This document shows positions 45,330 to 55,394 of a stretch of DNA of 64,000 nucleotides, one piece after another. A program made the translations under genes and the position numbers. Each line of letters starts with the position of its first letter. Position 1 is the first letter of the stretch. The notes below the pieces were generated by a model. The model did not search any database and was not told the DNA's origin. It was given only the letters and a program-made list of their open reading frames with translations. The DNA is from an uncultured Chitinophagaceae bacterium (GTDB lineage Bacteria; Bacteroidota; Bacteroidia; Chitinophagales; Chitinophagaceae), in assembly GCA_963808065.1 (NCBI GenBank), contig CAWEEK010000005.1, forward strand, positions 352,402-416,401, read 5' to 3'.

Positions 45330-45500
45330 ATGACACGCTCCAGGATTGCTTCACTCAGTTTTCTGCTCGTTTTAATGGTTTCACTCAGTTCCTGTGATGC
45401 AATCGCGGGAATATTCAAAGCAGGCATCTGGACAGGCTTGTTGCTCGTTGTGATAGTCATAGCCCTGGTCATATGGCTGATCACCCGTTTCCGGAAATAA
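45330..45500 (+). CDS. Small (56 aa) putative lipoprotein or membrane protein, not in the ORF track
   Basis: My translation: MTRSRIASLSFLLVLMVSLSSCDAIAGIFKAGIWTGLLLVVIVIALVIWLITRFRK*. It has a lipobox-like LSSC plus a C-terminal TM helix. Confidence 0.45.
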   Translation: MTRSRIASLSFLLVLMVSLSSCDAIAGIFKAGIWTGLLLVVIVIALVIWLITRFRK

Positions 45501-45571
45501 TCAGGTCAGTATGATCTGATCCCAGATAGCGAACCAGTTTGCTGAAAAGGTTGCGACAACCGATCGTGCCC

Positions 45572-47029
45572 TCAAAATGTCTTCGCGACCCTGATGACGA
45601 AACCAGCGGAGTTGTAATATAATTTTCCGGCGTCGGCAGCTGCCGTGGCACCGATGATCAGGCCGTTCTTGTACAGATAGGAGACGTCCAGGTAACCTGA
45701 GAATTGAGAAAGAGATGGAAAGGGAGGATAGACCGGTGGATCCCAGAAGTCGCCTGTGGAATGGCCATAGACACTCGTGCCAAAGGTGCCGTAATTTTTC
45801 GAGTAGGAAAGTTTGCCCCTGATGTTCAGGGAAGGTGAGCCGAGTTCGAAACCGGCATGCAGGGCCACAATACGGTTGTTGATGAAGTAATCCGAGGGAT
45901 GGGTGGGCAATCCTTCTCTTGCATAATGTGCGGGAGTGATTAATGGGTTGCCTATTCCTTCTGATTGGTATGACCATCCCGAGGCATAAATATAATTGTT
46001 ATAATAATCCTCATCACCCGAAGGGGTGCGCTTTGACCAGGGATAACCGCCCTGGTTCTTCGTGTAGAAGAATTCCAGGAGAAGTTTTTTCCATTGCAAT
46101 CCGGGTCCCTGTTCGCGGGTATTGGTAAGTGTTATACCATTCAGGCCATCGGCAATATTGGCCAGGTAATAAAGGCCGCCAACATCGTAGAGGCTTTGCC
46201 GGTACACCATCAGCCTGGCATTGTTGAATTCATATTCGAGTCCGACGTCGAGAGAGCCCAGGTGGTTGCCCACTTTTGATTCCTGGTCTTTTTTCCCAAA
46301 GACCACGTAAGTGAATGACCGGAATTTCGACAGTGTTGAATTGGTGCCGAATATGTCTTTCTCATTGCCCCAGTATGCCTGGTGATTAAATCCTCCGTAC
46401 AACTTCATGCGCCATGATGGTTTTCCAAAGCGGCCATACAATGATTTCTGATGAAAATAAGTGATGGTGGAAGTGGCGGTGGAACCACCGAGGTTGTACT
46501 GAAGTGGAAGCCTTCCCAGCCATCCATGAGAAAAACTTCCCTTGAAGGCGAAGAGGTCGCCGAGAATCGGCAAAGTGAAGTATTCGGGAACCGAAAGTTT
46601 CACCTGTGGTATGCCCAGGGCATTGCCGGAAACTGAAAATGCCCCGCTTGACAAAGCCGTGTCGCCAACTAGTCCCATGACATCCGTAAATCTTCCGGCC
46701 TTGATCTCGAAAATGCTCAACGCCGCTTTTGCATACCCCTCAATCAACACGGCATTGACCCTGTTGCCCGCATTGAAGCGCAGCTTTGCGCCCATGCCCC
46801 AGTCTGCAAGCTTGTTGGAAGCAGTGTCGTAATCCTTGTAGAAGGAACCGATAGCGGCCCCTGAAACACCCGCCAATGGTTTGTTGCCGTTGGTGTTCGA
46901 CCTGAGCCAGAACGGGACATGATCCTTTGAGGTAGCTGTTCCCTGTAATTCCAGAGATCCTCGCCAGGTTTCCTGCGCAGAAAGCTCACTGAAAAGAAAA
47001 GCAAGCAGAAGGAACCAATATCCTTTCAT
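45572..47029 (-). CDS. Outer-membrane protein, capsule-assembly Wzi-like
   Basis: Signal peptide MKGYWFLLLAFLFSELSAQ. The FWLRSNTNGNKPL segment resembles Wzi-family proteins. C-terminal ...VAKTF. It lies at the end of the EPS locus. Confidence 0.5.
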   Translation of the reverse strand: MKGYWFLLLAFLFSELSAQETWRGSLELQGTATSKDHVPFWLRSNTNGNKPLAGVSGAAIGSFYKDYDTASNKLADWGMGAKLRFNAGNRVNAVLIEGYAKAALSIFEIKAGRFTDVMGLVGDTALSSGAFSVSGNALGIPQVKLSVPEYFTLPILGDLFAFKGSFSHGWLGRLPLQYNLGGSTATSTITYFHQKSLYGRFGKPSWRMKLYGGFNHQAYWGNEKDIFGTNSTLSKFRSFTYVVFGKKDQESKVGNHLGSLDVGLEYEFNNARLMVYRQSLYDVGGLYYLANIADGLNGITLTNTREQGPGLQWKKLLLEFFYTKNQGGYPWSKRTPSGDEDYYNNYIYASGWSYQSEGIGNPLITPAHYAREGLPTHPSDYFINNRIVALHAGFELGSPSLNIRGKLSYSKNYGTFGTSVYGHSTGDFWDPPVYPPFPSLSQFSGYLDVSYLYKNGLIIGATAAADAGKLYYNSAGFVIRVAKTF

Positions 47030-47031
47030 AT

Positions 47032-48156
47032 TTAAGTGAGGTTGGGAACCAGGGTTTTACCGGAATCCCTCGCGATGTAGTAAAAGTGTTCTACATATTG
47101 ATCTACAATTCTTGGCCATGAATACTGGTGAGCAATCTTAGTGGTGTTGTTTTCAATCTTGTCGTCGGCTTTGAGCTTGGACAGTTTTTCTATTTGGGTG
47201 GCCACGTCAGTGGAACTGTTGAAATAATAAGCATCATCACCCAGTATCGACCTGTTGAAGATGTTGTCATTTGCCGAAACCAGGGCATGAGAGGCCATGG
47301 CTTCAAGAAGAGAAGGATTTGTACCGCCTACGGTATGACCATGAAAGTATACGTTGGAATAATAACGAAGATTGTTGAGTTTCGAAATATCATAAATACC
47401 CCCCATGAACTTGATGGAGGTCCAGTCCTTAAATTTTTTCATCAGATACTGGCCATATTCATTGGTGTATTTGCCAATGACAAGAAAGGGCCTGGTAGAA
47501 GCAGATTTTACCACCCCATCGAGGATGACCTCGATGCTGTTTTCAGGTTCGAGCCTCGCTACCAGCATATCATAGTTGTATGGCTCAAGACCGGTGGTCT
47601 TCACGTCCTCGACGTTCGGAGCATCGAATACTTCCGCTCCATAAGGAATGTAAACCGGGTTCTTGTTGTATTTCTTAATCAGGTATTGCTGCATGCCTAT
47701 GGAGTCGGCGATCAGGTAATCACTGTTCCACACCGCCAGTTTTTCGGCGAACTTCAGAAAGGTTCGGACGGGGCGGGAAAACTTTGTTCTTTTCCACTCA
47801 AAGCCATCCATATTCGTGGTGATGATGCTTTTGTGTCTTGGCAAAAACTTGCCCCAGATGGAACTGCTGGTGTAACCCAGCTGCAGGATGATGTCATAAT
47901 TTTTCTTCCGCGTGTCCATAATACAATTCAAGTCATAGATAAACTGACCCGCGGAACTGAGTTTATCCTCAGGGTTATTACAATGAACGATCTCGACACC
48001 GTTCCATTCACTCTTTTGGTAAGGGTGATTGTGTGAATTGTAAACAGTTACCTGGAATCCTCTCTCTACCAATCCAAGCGACAGGTATTGAGCAAATTGT
48101 TCAAATCCGCCATAGTTGTTGGGAATTCCCCTGGTGCCGATAATTGCGATGTGCAT
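47032..48156 (-). CDS. Glycosyltransferase (GT4-like with a DUF1972-type N-terminus)
   Basis: MHIAIIGTRGIPNNYGGFEQFAQYLS..., GGTNPSLLEAMAS. Confidence 0.75.
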   Translation of the reverse strand: MHIAIIGTRGIPNNYGGFEQFAQYLSLGLVERGFQVTVYNSHNHPYQKSEWNGVEIVHCNNPEDKLSSAGQFIYDLNCIMDTRKKNYDIILQLGYTSSSIWGKFLPRHKSIITTNMDGFEWKRTKFSRPVRTFLKFAEKLAVWNSDYLIADSIGMQQYLIKKYNKNPVYIPYGAEVFDAPNVEDVKTTGLEPYNYDMLVARLEPENSIEVILDGVVKSASTRPFLVIGKYTNEYGQYLMKKFKDWTSIKFMGGIYDISKLNNLRYYSNVYFHGHTVGGTNPSLLEAMASHALVSANDNIFNRSILGDDAYYFNSSTDVATQIEKLSKLKADDKIENNTTKIAHQYSWPRIVDQYVEHFYYIARDSGKTLVPNLT

Positions 48157-48304
48157 TGATCAAGAATTAAGGATTAAAAATTGATTTTTCATATCATATG
48201 GATTACATCGCCAGAGAAAGTCATTGTATTGATTGTTAAGTTATTCATGTGTGTGTTCATATAATACCAAAAGTTATTCCAGTTCTTGCCGGAATTGTGG
48301 AAAA

Positions 48305-49405
48305 CTAAGCCGAATTTTCGTTTATTGCTGATTTATATGCTTTAAGAGTCTTCCTGGCGGCTATTTCCCAGGTGTAGTGATTGAGGATATGTTTCCTTAG
48401 CGCCTCAGGAAAAGGGTCCCGGTGGGCCTTTTCAATAGCGGTACGAATTGAAGATACGTCTGCGGGGTCGCAATAATAGGCGAAGTCGCGAAAGTATTCA
48501 ACCGTATCTCCTTTGCTGGTAATCACGATGTTACACCCTAACAGTGCGGCTTCAAGGGTGGTTAGACCCGTGGTTTCAAACCAGCTGGCCAGCACATGTA
48601 CCCTGGCTGCCTGGTAGATGCGCACTAGTTTTTCCTGGTCGATATGAGGAAAAAATCGAATGCGTCCCTCAGCCTGATCCCCTTCCGCCCGACAGGCTTC
48701 ATAATATTTCCTGTGATTGGGTGAATAATTACCGATGACATCCAGGTGGAGCCGCGTACCGGCCACAGCCCTGACCACATTAAGTTGGTTTTTTCGTCCC
48801 TCTACCCTTGCAACGCTTAGCACGTGGCCGGTAAACTCAGGGTCCGGGGTTGATCTCAGGTCAAACAGTTTGGTATCTATCGCGTTCGGTATCACTGCAT
48901 AAGGCGGGGAAACCGCATAATTCTCCCGGAACCTCCTGTATTCATTTTCGGAGTTCGGCAGAAGAAGTGAAGACCTCCTGGCGATATACTGAATGGACTT
49001 CCGGTGACCGCGGAACAGGTAGTTTCGGCTCCTGATTCGTTCACCATTTACGAATCTGCGGGCCACCGCCTTCACATATTCTATCTGGTCAAGAGAGAGA
49101 AACCGGAAGGCGAATCCCGGAAAACCTTTTCGGTTTTGTTTTTCATATTCAGAATAATCAACATAAATGGTTGAAACGACAAATGGCTTGCCCGATAATT
49201 CAATATGCGGAAGAATATCCGCAGGACGGATAATATTAAAAAAATGAATAAGATCGTATTCATCATAATTAATTTTAGCATCCGTGGTCAGGATATCCAC
49301 TTCAATATTTAGGTAGCGGAGGTATTTTGCCGTATTCAGGATCTGAATGGTATCGCCTCCTACAGAACTGTAGAGGGTCGCGCGGCTGATCATCAATACT
49401 TTCAA
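48305..49405 (-). CDS. Glycosyltransferase family 1/4
   Basis: ETTGLTTLEAALLGCNIVITSKG (E-x7-E region). 366 aa. Confidence 0.8.
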   Translation of the reverse strand: MKVLMISRATLYSSVGGDTIQILNTAKYLRYLNIEVDILTTDAKINYDEYDLIHFFNIIRPADILPHIELSGKPFVVSTIYVDYSEYEKQNRKGFPGFAFRFLSLDQIEYVKAVARRFVNGERIRSRNYLFRGHRKSIQYIARRSSLLLPNSENEYRRFRENYAVSPPYAVIPNAIDTKLFDLRSTPDPEFTGHVLSVARVEGRKNQLNVVRAVAGTRLHLDVIGNYSPNHRKYYEACRAEGDQAEGRIRFFPHIDQEKLVRIYQAARVHVLASWFETTGLTTLEAALLGCNIVITSKGDTVEYFRDFAYYCDPADVSSIRTAIEKAHRDPFPEALRKHILNHYTWEIAARKTLKAYKSAINENSA

Positions 49406-49421
49406 AATCGGGTGGGTTGAT

Positions 49422-50510
49422 TTATTTGGATAGCGCCTGGCGAAGGCCGAGCAGCAATTTCCTGTCTTTTACCGTCGATGGGGTCAGCCAGGCCCCTTCT
49501 CCATATTCATTCCATGCATACAAAAATATGATCCGTTCTTTGACTGTCCTGTCAGGATTGTTGTCCAGCCATTTTATCGCATTTTTTACCGAAGCCGCCA
49601 CGGAAGCCCTGGAATAATCGAGGTAACGCTTCGAATTCGAATAACCCCTGCCATAGGCAGCCCAGGGCCGCGGATCCCAGTTAAGCGTGACCGTTGGCAT
49701 ATAGCGGTAGTTAAATTTCCTGAAATTATTCCAGGTGTAAACGCTGCCGATGACCAGGCTGTCGATCGGTGGATTTTCAGTGTTATTATTTTTGAAGCCG
49801 GAATTCGGGTAATTGTAACCGGTCAACACGTCGATGCCGACCTTCCTTGCGGTAGCCACGGACCAGACATCCGGGTTCACACAAACGGCTATGGTTACTC
49901 CCTTTAGGCCCTGGGCCCTCGCCCTGGCCCGGAATTCGGTGAATGCGGTGGCGATGGCCTGCTCGGATCCAAATTTTTTGAGCAGCCAGTAGAGACTGAA
50001 AAAGCTGATCAGCGGTTTGTCATCCACCTTCATGTAGGAACTGTCTTTGAACAGCTTCAGCCATTGATCGGTCACTTGCTGCCATTCGGCCGGTCCAACA
50101 GCATAACCCGCATGATTGGCCACCATGAGACAAAACTTTAGCCTCTTCTTGTTAGGTGCCCTTAGATAATAACCAAGAGATTCATTCAGCAGATAGTTGG
50201 TGTCGGGCTGGTTCTTTTCCGGCCGGTACCAGCAAAAATTGAAAAAGGTCAGGCCATTGTCAGCGGCGAGATCGATTTCTGTTTTCATAGTAGCCAGTGT
50301 GCTGGTCCAACCCCAGGCAGGTCTGCGTTCGGAAAAAGAATCAATCAGTGAAGGGGTCAGGTAAATCCGCGACTTCCCATTCCAGCCACTGAAATAATAA
50401 GCGCCAACCTGTGTTTTAGAAGTTTGTGCGAAAATTTCACCTACGGTTAACAATAAAAAAGCCGCGAGGAAAGCGGTCACATGAAAAACAACGGATAATC
50501 TCAATACCAA
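49422..50510 (-). CDS. Secreted WbsX/GH99-like polysaccharide-associated protein
   Basis: Signal peptide, GAYYFSGWNG and LYAWNEYGEGAWL, resembling the WbsX family pattern. Confidence 0.45.
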   Translation of the reverse strand: MVLRLSVVFHVTAFLAAFLLLTVGEIFAQTSKTQVGAYYFSGWNGKSRIYLTPSLIDSFSERRPAWGWTSTLATMKTEIDLAADNGLTFFNFCWYRPEKNQPDTNYLLNESLGYYLRAPNKKRLKFCLMVANHAGYAVGPAEWQQVTDQWLKLFKDSSYMKVDDKPLISFFSLYWLLKKFGSEQAIATAFTEFRARARAQGLKGVTIAVCVNPDVWSVATARKVGIDVLTGYNYPNSGFKNNNTENPPIDSLVIGSVYTWNNFRKFNYRYMPTVTLNWDPRPWAAYGRGYSNSKRYLDYSRASVAASVKNAIKWLDNNPDRTVKERIIFLYAWNEYGEGAWLTPSTVKDRKLLLGLRQALSK

Positions 50511-50547
50511 ATGATTTAATACTTATGAATACTGTCAGCTGAATATA

Positions 50548-51456
50548 TCAATTAACGTACCTCAGCCTGTCTGAGAAACCATCTGATATTCCAGTAAAAA
50601 TTCCTTTGATGGATTTGAAGTCTCTCAACAGGGTCAGCTTAACGACCAGGTAGGCCACCCAGCGCAGGCTGAATGCGGCAGCAAACACCGGCATCATCAA
50701 TGGTGGCAAGTGTTTGCGCTGCAGCTGTACGAGGTTTCGCGTGGCCAGGTAAAAGGCCAGCCACTTACCCCTGTTGGATTTGAAACTATGACTTACTTTA
50801 TGATAAATGATCGCATCAGCAGCATATTGAATGGTGTGGCCCGAATCGAGAATGCGCAATGAATAATCAGCGTCTTCCGAGTTGGCGAAAAACCGGTCAT
50901 CCAGAATGCCTAAGGATTCGATCGCCTTTTTTGGAATCAGGGCGCAGCATCCATTCATAAAGCCGGTAGGTCCCGACTCACTGTATTTCCCGCTGTCTTT
51001 CTTCCTCATTCCATAGTGGGTAACGATGCCGGTTATGCGAGAAACCGATCCACCGGCAAACCAGAGGATCTTAGGCCGGTCGTAAAAAAATATCTTTGGA
51101 ACAACCGCGTAACATGCACCGTCCTTCGCAATGGCTTCGGTCATCCTGGAAAGAAACATGGAGTCAACAATCGTGTCATTGTTGAGCATCAGGTAAAAAT
51201 CCGGATCATATTTCTGCCGTGCATATTCAAAGCCTTTATTGTTGCCACCGGTGAAACCGTAATTCTTATCAAGGGCGAGGATGTCGATCTCCTGTTCGGG
51301 AAATTCAACTCTCAACTTCTCAACCGAACTGTCCTTAGAACCATTGTCGATCACGATGATCCGGAAATTCGGATAACTGACCTTACGCAAAGACAATAAA
51401 CATTCTTTGGTAACCTCATAACCATTCCAGTTAAGAATCAACATGGCCACACTCAT
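50548..51456 (-). CDS. Glycosyltransferase family 2
   Basis: VIDNGSKDSS and NNDTIVD motifs. Its start overlaps the upstream gene's stop by 4 nt. Confidence 0.85.
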   Translation of the reverse strand: MSVAMLILNWNGYEVTKECLLSLRKVSYPNFRIIVIDNGSKDSSVEKLRVEFPEQEIDILALDKNYGFTGGNNKGFEYARQKYDPDFYLMLNNDTIVDSMFLSRMTEAIAKDGACYAVVPKIFFYDRPKILWFAGGSVSRITGIVTHYGMRKKDSGKYSESGPTGFMNGCCALIPKKAIESLGILDDRFFANSEDADYSLRILDSGHTIQYAADAIIYHKVSHSFKSNRGKWLAFYLATRNLVQLQRKHLPPLMMPVFAAAFSLRWVAYLVVKLTLLRDFKSIKGIFTGISDGFSDRLRYVN

Positions 51457-52808
51457 ATCAGGGCTGGTTTTTCAGGCTCCAGCGCGCGTGGCTCCTTTTC
51501 TGTTGCGGGCCTTGGCATAATCGGACTGCGGTTAATACCCAGTCCAAGAATGGTCCACCAGTAAAACAAATAGGGCATACCATAAGGATTGACCGACACA
51601 ATACAGGCGACCAGGGTACCGGCCGAAACGGCAATAGCAATGGAAGAAAATGGATTGTTGAATCTTTTTTTCACTCGCAGAATTTCAAACATGATCTTGA
51701 GATGTAGTAAGATCAGGCAGAGGAGGCCGGGCACGCCGATCTCGTACGTGATATTCATGAAAGCCGACTCGGAGTAAAATTTTGCCTTGCCGGTCCTTGA
51801 CTGGTCGGTAGACCCGAGGCCATGGCCCAGCGGCTCGCTTATGTTTTTATTCAGCCCGTTGGAAAAACTGTTGCCACGATCAGCGGCACTCGCTTCCTTG
51901 CCCGTAAAGGTATCGGTGATCACATCGCCCACATAAGGAAAGACCTGCGTGAGTATGAGCACTACAAAAACGGTTACCAGTGCGGAGCCCAGTATTAATT
52001 TCACGGGCAGCCTGATCTTGTTCAGCTTCCACATAAATATGAAGGCAATGCCACAGATCCCCCATCCCGCCCTTGAAAAGGAAAGGATCAGGCACACAAG
52101 GGCAAGCAAGAGTAAAGTATAGATCAGGCGAACCTGGAACTTGCTAAGTTGCCTCCGCATGCCGGTGAGCAAAATCCCACCGAGCGCGCAGATGAGAAAC
52201 GCGATCGTCAGCCCAAAATCATTGGGCCCGCCTATTAGTCCCGACATTCTTTCGAAACCCATGATGCGTGCGGAAGAGGAATTGTACTGAATATACCCGG
52301 CGGCATCAATAAAGTCGATCCGGTTCATGATGGTGGCAATGGGCACCTTGAAAGCAAAATTCTGCAGAAAGCCGCCAACGGCCACGAACAGCGTTGACAG
52401 GCAGAGTATATTGATCACATTCTTGGCCACCAGTGTCCTGAACGGAAAATTGGCGAGTGCCACAAATAACAGCACGGGGAAAGTATGATCACGAAGGGTA
52501 GCCAAAGCGTCCGACTGACTGGGCGCCATCAGGAAATAAAGAATGATCACAAAAAAGAAAAGGAAGATGAAACGTACCACATCCCTGTTCAGCCTGATTG
52601 GATACTCCATGAAAATTTTATACAGGAGAATCAGTACTGCGATCTCCTTCCAGGACGAAAACTGGTTTCCACCATCATAGAGCCTGCTAAAGACATTCTT
52701 AATAAAGGAGTGAAATGGTAAAAGCAACAGAAGCAGATACAGGATCTTGTCGATCCTTGCGATCATGCAGAATGCTACGATTAGGCCAAGTGTGATTATT
52801 TCTACCAT
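51453..52808 (-). CDS. O-antigen ligase-like / Wzy-type polysaccharide polymerase
   Basis: 451 aa with about 10-12 TM helices and a large loop, within the EPS locus. Confidence 0.65.
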   Translation of the reverse strand: MVEIITLGLIVAFCMIARIDKILYLLLLLLPFHSFIKNVFSRLYDGGNQFSSWKEIAVLILLYKIFMEYPIRLNRDVVRFIFLFFFVIILYFLMAPSQSDALATLRDHTFPVLLFVALANFPFRTLVAKNVINILCLSTLFVAVGGFLQNFAFKVPIATIMNRIDFIDAAGYIQYNSSSARIMGFERMSGLIGGPNDFGLTIAFLICALGGILLTGMRRQLSKFQVRLIYTLLLLALVCLILSFSRAGWGICGIAFIFMWKLNKIRLPVKLILGSALVTVFVVLILTQVFPYVGDVITDTFTGKEASAADRGNSFSNGLNKNISEPLGHGLGSTDQSRTGKAKFYSESAFMNITYEIGVPGLLCLILLHLKIMFEILRVKKRFNNPFSSIAIAVSAGTLVACIVSVNPYGMPYLFYWWTILGLGINRSPIMPRPATEKEPRALEPEKPALI

Positions 52809-52844
52809 CTTTATAAATGTCCTTCCTGTTTGGAAAGAGAAATA

Positions 52845-54101
52845 TCAATTGTTTATTATGGTCTGGCCGGTGCCAACCGAATGAAGAATATTACCTCTGT
52901 AATCGAGATAACTGTTTTCATAACTGAACCGGTTTTCCATCAGTTTTCGCCCCTTCTCGCCGACGTGCCTGGCAAGGTCCCGGTCATCCAGCAGGCTGAT
53001 CAGGCCATCCCGATAATCCTCGGATGATTCGCAGTGCAGATAATCAATTCCCGGATTCGCACCAATGCCTTCGATGCCTATCTGGTTGGTTAACACCGGC
53101 ACCCCACACGACATTGCTTCCAGCACTTTTATTTTGATGCCGCCTCCAAATAACAGTGGCACAACCATGCACAAGGCCGTTTCGAAATATTCTTCCGGCC
53201 TTTCCACGAAACCCGTACATATAATATTCTGGTGCCGTTCCAGGTCTTCCTTCATTTTTGAAGGCAGACCCGCGCCCATGATCACAAACCTGAGCTGCGA
53301 GGAAAGGTTAAATGGAAGAAATACTTTATTCACAAACCATTCGACTGCCTCCTGGTTCTCCGCCCGGTTCATGGCTCCAAAGAAAACCACTTCGGGTTTT
53401 ACCGACAGCTGACTCTGGTTCCGGCGGCGGTAATAGGGAGAAAGCAGCATGATCTTATCAGCATGAATACCACTATCCTTCAGCCTTGTCTTGTCATCAG
53501 CGCTTAGCACCAGCACAAGATTCAGCCTGTCGATGAGTGAGAGTTCCCGCCTGCGGAATGCCGGCAGAAAAAATGCCTTAAGTATTTTATTCTTCCCATA
53601 CTGACGATCCAGCTTAACAAAACAAACATCGTGTTCAGTCGCGATCCGGTACGAGGATGGAAATAGTCTTGTGTAATAAGGAAGGAGAAAAAGCATTTCC
53701 GTCCACTCAAACACCACCACATCGGGCTCCCAGCCGGCTGCCTTTATCTTTCTCAAACCTTTGCGATGATACCAGGCATTCACGGGATCAAGGTAGTACC
53801 AGTCGGGACGTAAACAGGAAAACAACAATCTCAGAAAAGAATTATAGTAGGCATAGGTGAACAGCCTCAGGATCTTTGGCAGAAAGACGGAGAAATCCTG
53901 AGCGTTGTCACGGAATTTTTCGTGCATCTGCTGATAGGAGGGATCGTTCTTATGCACGATAAGATAACCAACGTCGAACGCGCTATCAGAACAGAATCGC
54001 GTCAAGTAATAATTGAACAGCTGGTTGCCGGCCATGGCCACTTTGTCGTGGACCACATGTTTACTGATAAAAAGAATTCTTGTTTTACGCCTTTCTTTCA
54101 T
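52845..54101 (-). CDS. Glycosyltransferase family 1/4
   Basis: GGGIKIKVLEAMSCGVPVLTNQIGIEGI. Confidence 0.8.
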   Translation of the reverse strand: MKERRKTRILFISKHVVHDKVAMAGNQLFNYYLTRFCSDSAFDVGYLIVHKNDPSYQQMHEKFRDNAQDFSVFLPKILRLFTYAYYNSFLRLLFSCLRPDWYYLDPVNAWYHRKGLRKIKAAGWEPDVVVFEWTEMLFLLPYYTRLFPSSYRIATEHDVCFVKLDRQYGKNKILKAFFLPAFRRRELSLIDRLNLVLVLSADDKTRLKDSGIHADKIMLLSPYYRRRNQSQLSVKPEVVFFGAMNRAENQEAVEWFVNKVFLPFNLSSQLRFVIMGAGLPSKMKEDLERHQNIICTGFVERPEEYFETALCMVVPLLFGGGIKIKVLEAMSCGVPVLTNQIGIEGIGANPGIDYLHCESSEDYRDGLISLLDDRDLARHVGEKGRKLMENRFSYENSYLDYRGNILHSVGTGQTIINN

Positions 54102-54111
54102 AGCCTGGTTA

Positions 54112-55353
54112 TTACTGAAGAACGGGTTTTTCTTTACCGATCATGTTGGTAATACCTTTCATCATCTTGTTGTAATCGGATAATCGCTGACTGGCGAAGG
54201 CCTGGCACCTTTCCTTGTTGAAGTTTGCCAGAGCCGTGATTACTATCGCAGGAGGAACCTTCATGATGTCTTCGGCCTTTCTCCAGTTAGACAATAGACC
54301 CGCATTTTTCAGGATGTCATAGATCTTGCTGGATTTATAGTCCCTGAAGAATCTGAGGAACACAAAGCCATAAGTATCGAATGCGAAGAAAGGAGAACTG
54401 TTGTGCACGGAAACGATGATCGGATGCATATTATGTCCAACATAACCACTGGAGAACCTGATCAGGTTGTACCAGTCAAGTGGATCAAGTGGCATGTTGA
54501 TCTGTAGCTTGAGTTTGAGCGGTAGTTTGCCTTTCGGCATGGGCAGCTCAACACAACTGTATCCCTGGGCTGTAGCCTGCCTGTCGAAGTCGGCAATCCA
54601 TTTATCAGAGGGCAGGTGTTTCCTGTTGTTTTTGTGAAAACTCAGCAGGATGTATTTTTCAGGCAGATTGAATTTGCGGATGACGTCTGCTTTGGTGACA
54701 GACTGTGGAAAATTCTGATTGAAGGCCAGTACCGGATCAGGTGTAACCTCAATATCGCCGGCACCGGGATGGAGATAATGGATCATCTTCCGCGTCCAGC
54801 TATCCCTGGCAGCGAAATAGGTGTACCTGCTGAGGTGTTCACCCATTGACCTTTTCAGTCTTCCTTTGATCAGCCAGTAGATTGAATTCTGACTGGATGG
54901 CGACATCATTGCCGCTGGCAGTTTGAAATCTTCGGTAAAAAAAGAAAGCCAGTGCGGGTTTGGGAAAAGATAATCGGCATTGGGTTTTATATATCGGATG
55001 CCCTTTTTGGTCAGATAGAATCTGTCGAGATATGGCATGTAGGTGAGCACCGCGTCGCTACCGACAATGATTGCTTTTATTTTTTCTTCTTTGATTACCT
55101 GCCTGATCTCCTCATCCGTAATACAGGGTCTCGTGTAGTTAAGGTGTTCATTGATAAATTGCTGGTGCGCCTCATATTGTTCACGGGGTACCGACCCGGT
55201 AAATCCGTGCTGATATCCTTCCCAGCTGATAAATACCGGATCCAACCCCTGTTGTTTGAGGTAGGAAACAGTAGACAGTGCCTGAAGGTTCGCACCGAAA
55301 TTCGATACATTGAAATGGGTCAGTATGCCGACCCTTCTGTTGGTTTCCATCAA
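54112..55353 (-). CDS. Polysaccharide pyruvyl transferase family protein
   Basis: VGILTHFNVSNFGANLQALSTVSYLKQQG, typical of the family N-terminus. Confidence 0.65.
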   Translation of the reverse strand: MMETNRRVGILTHFNVSNFGANLQALSTVSYLKQQGLDPVFISWEGYQHGFTGSVPREQYEAHQQFINEHLNYTRPCITDEEIRQVIKEEKIKAIIVGSDAVLTYMPYLDRFYLTKKGIRYIKPNADYLFPNPHWLSFFTEDFKLPAAMMSPSSQNSIYWLIKGRLKRSMGEHLSRYTYFAARDSWTRKMIHYLHPGAGDIEVTPDPVLAFNQNFPQSVTKADVIRKFNLPEKYILLSFHKNNRKHLPSDKWIADFDRQATAQGYSCVELPMPKGKLPLKLKLQINMPLDPLDWYNLIRFSSGYVGHNMHPIIVSVHNSSPFFAFDTYGFVFLRFFRDYKSSKIYDILKNAGLLSNWRKAEDIMKVPPAIVITALANFNKERCQAFASQRLSDYNKMMKGITNMIGKEKPVLQ

Positions 55354-55394
55354 TTTATTATTCTGTTTGAATTACAGCCCCTGCTGCTAAACCC

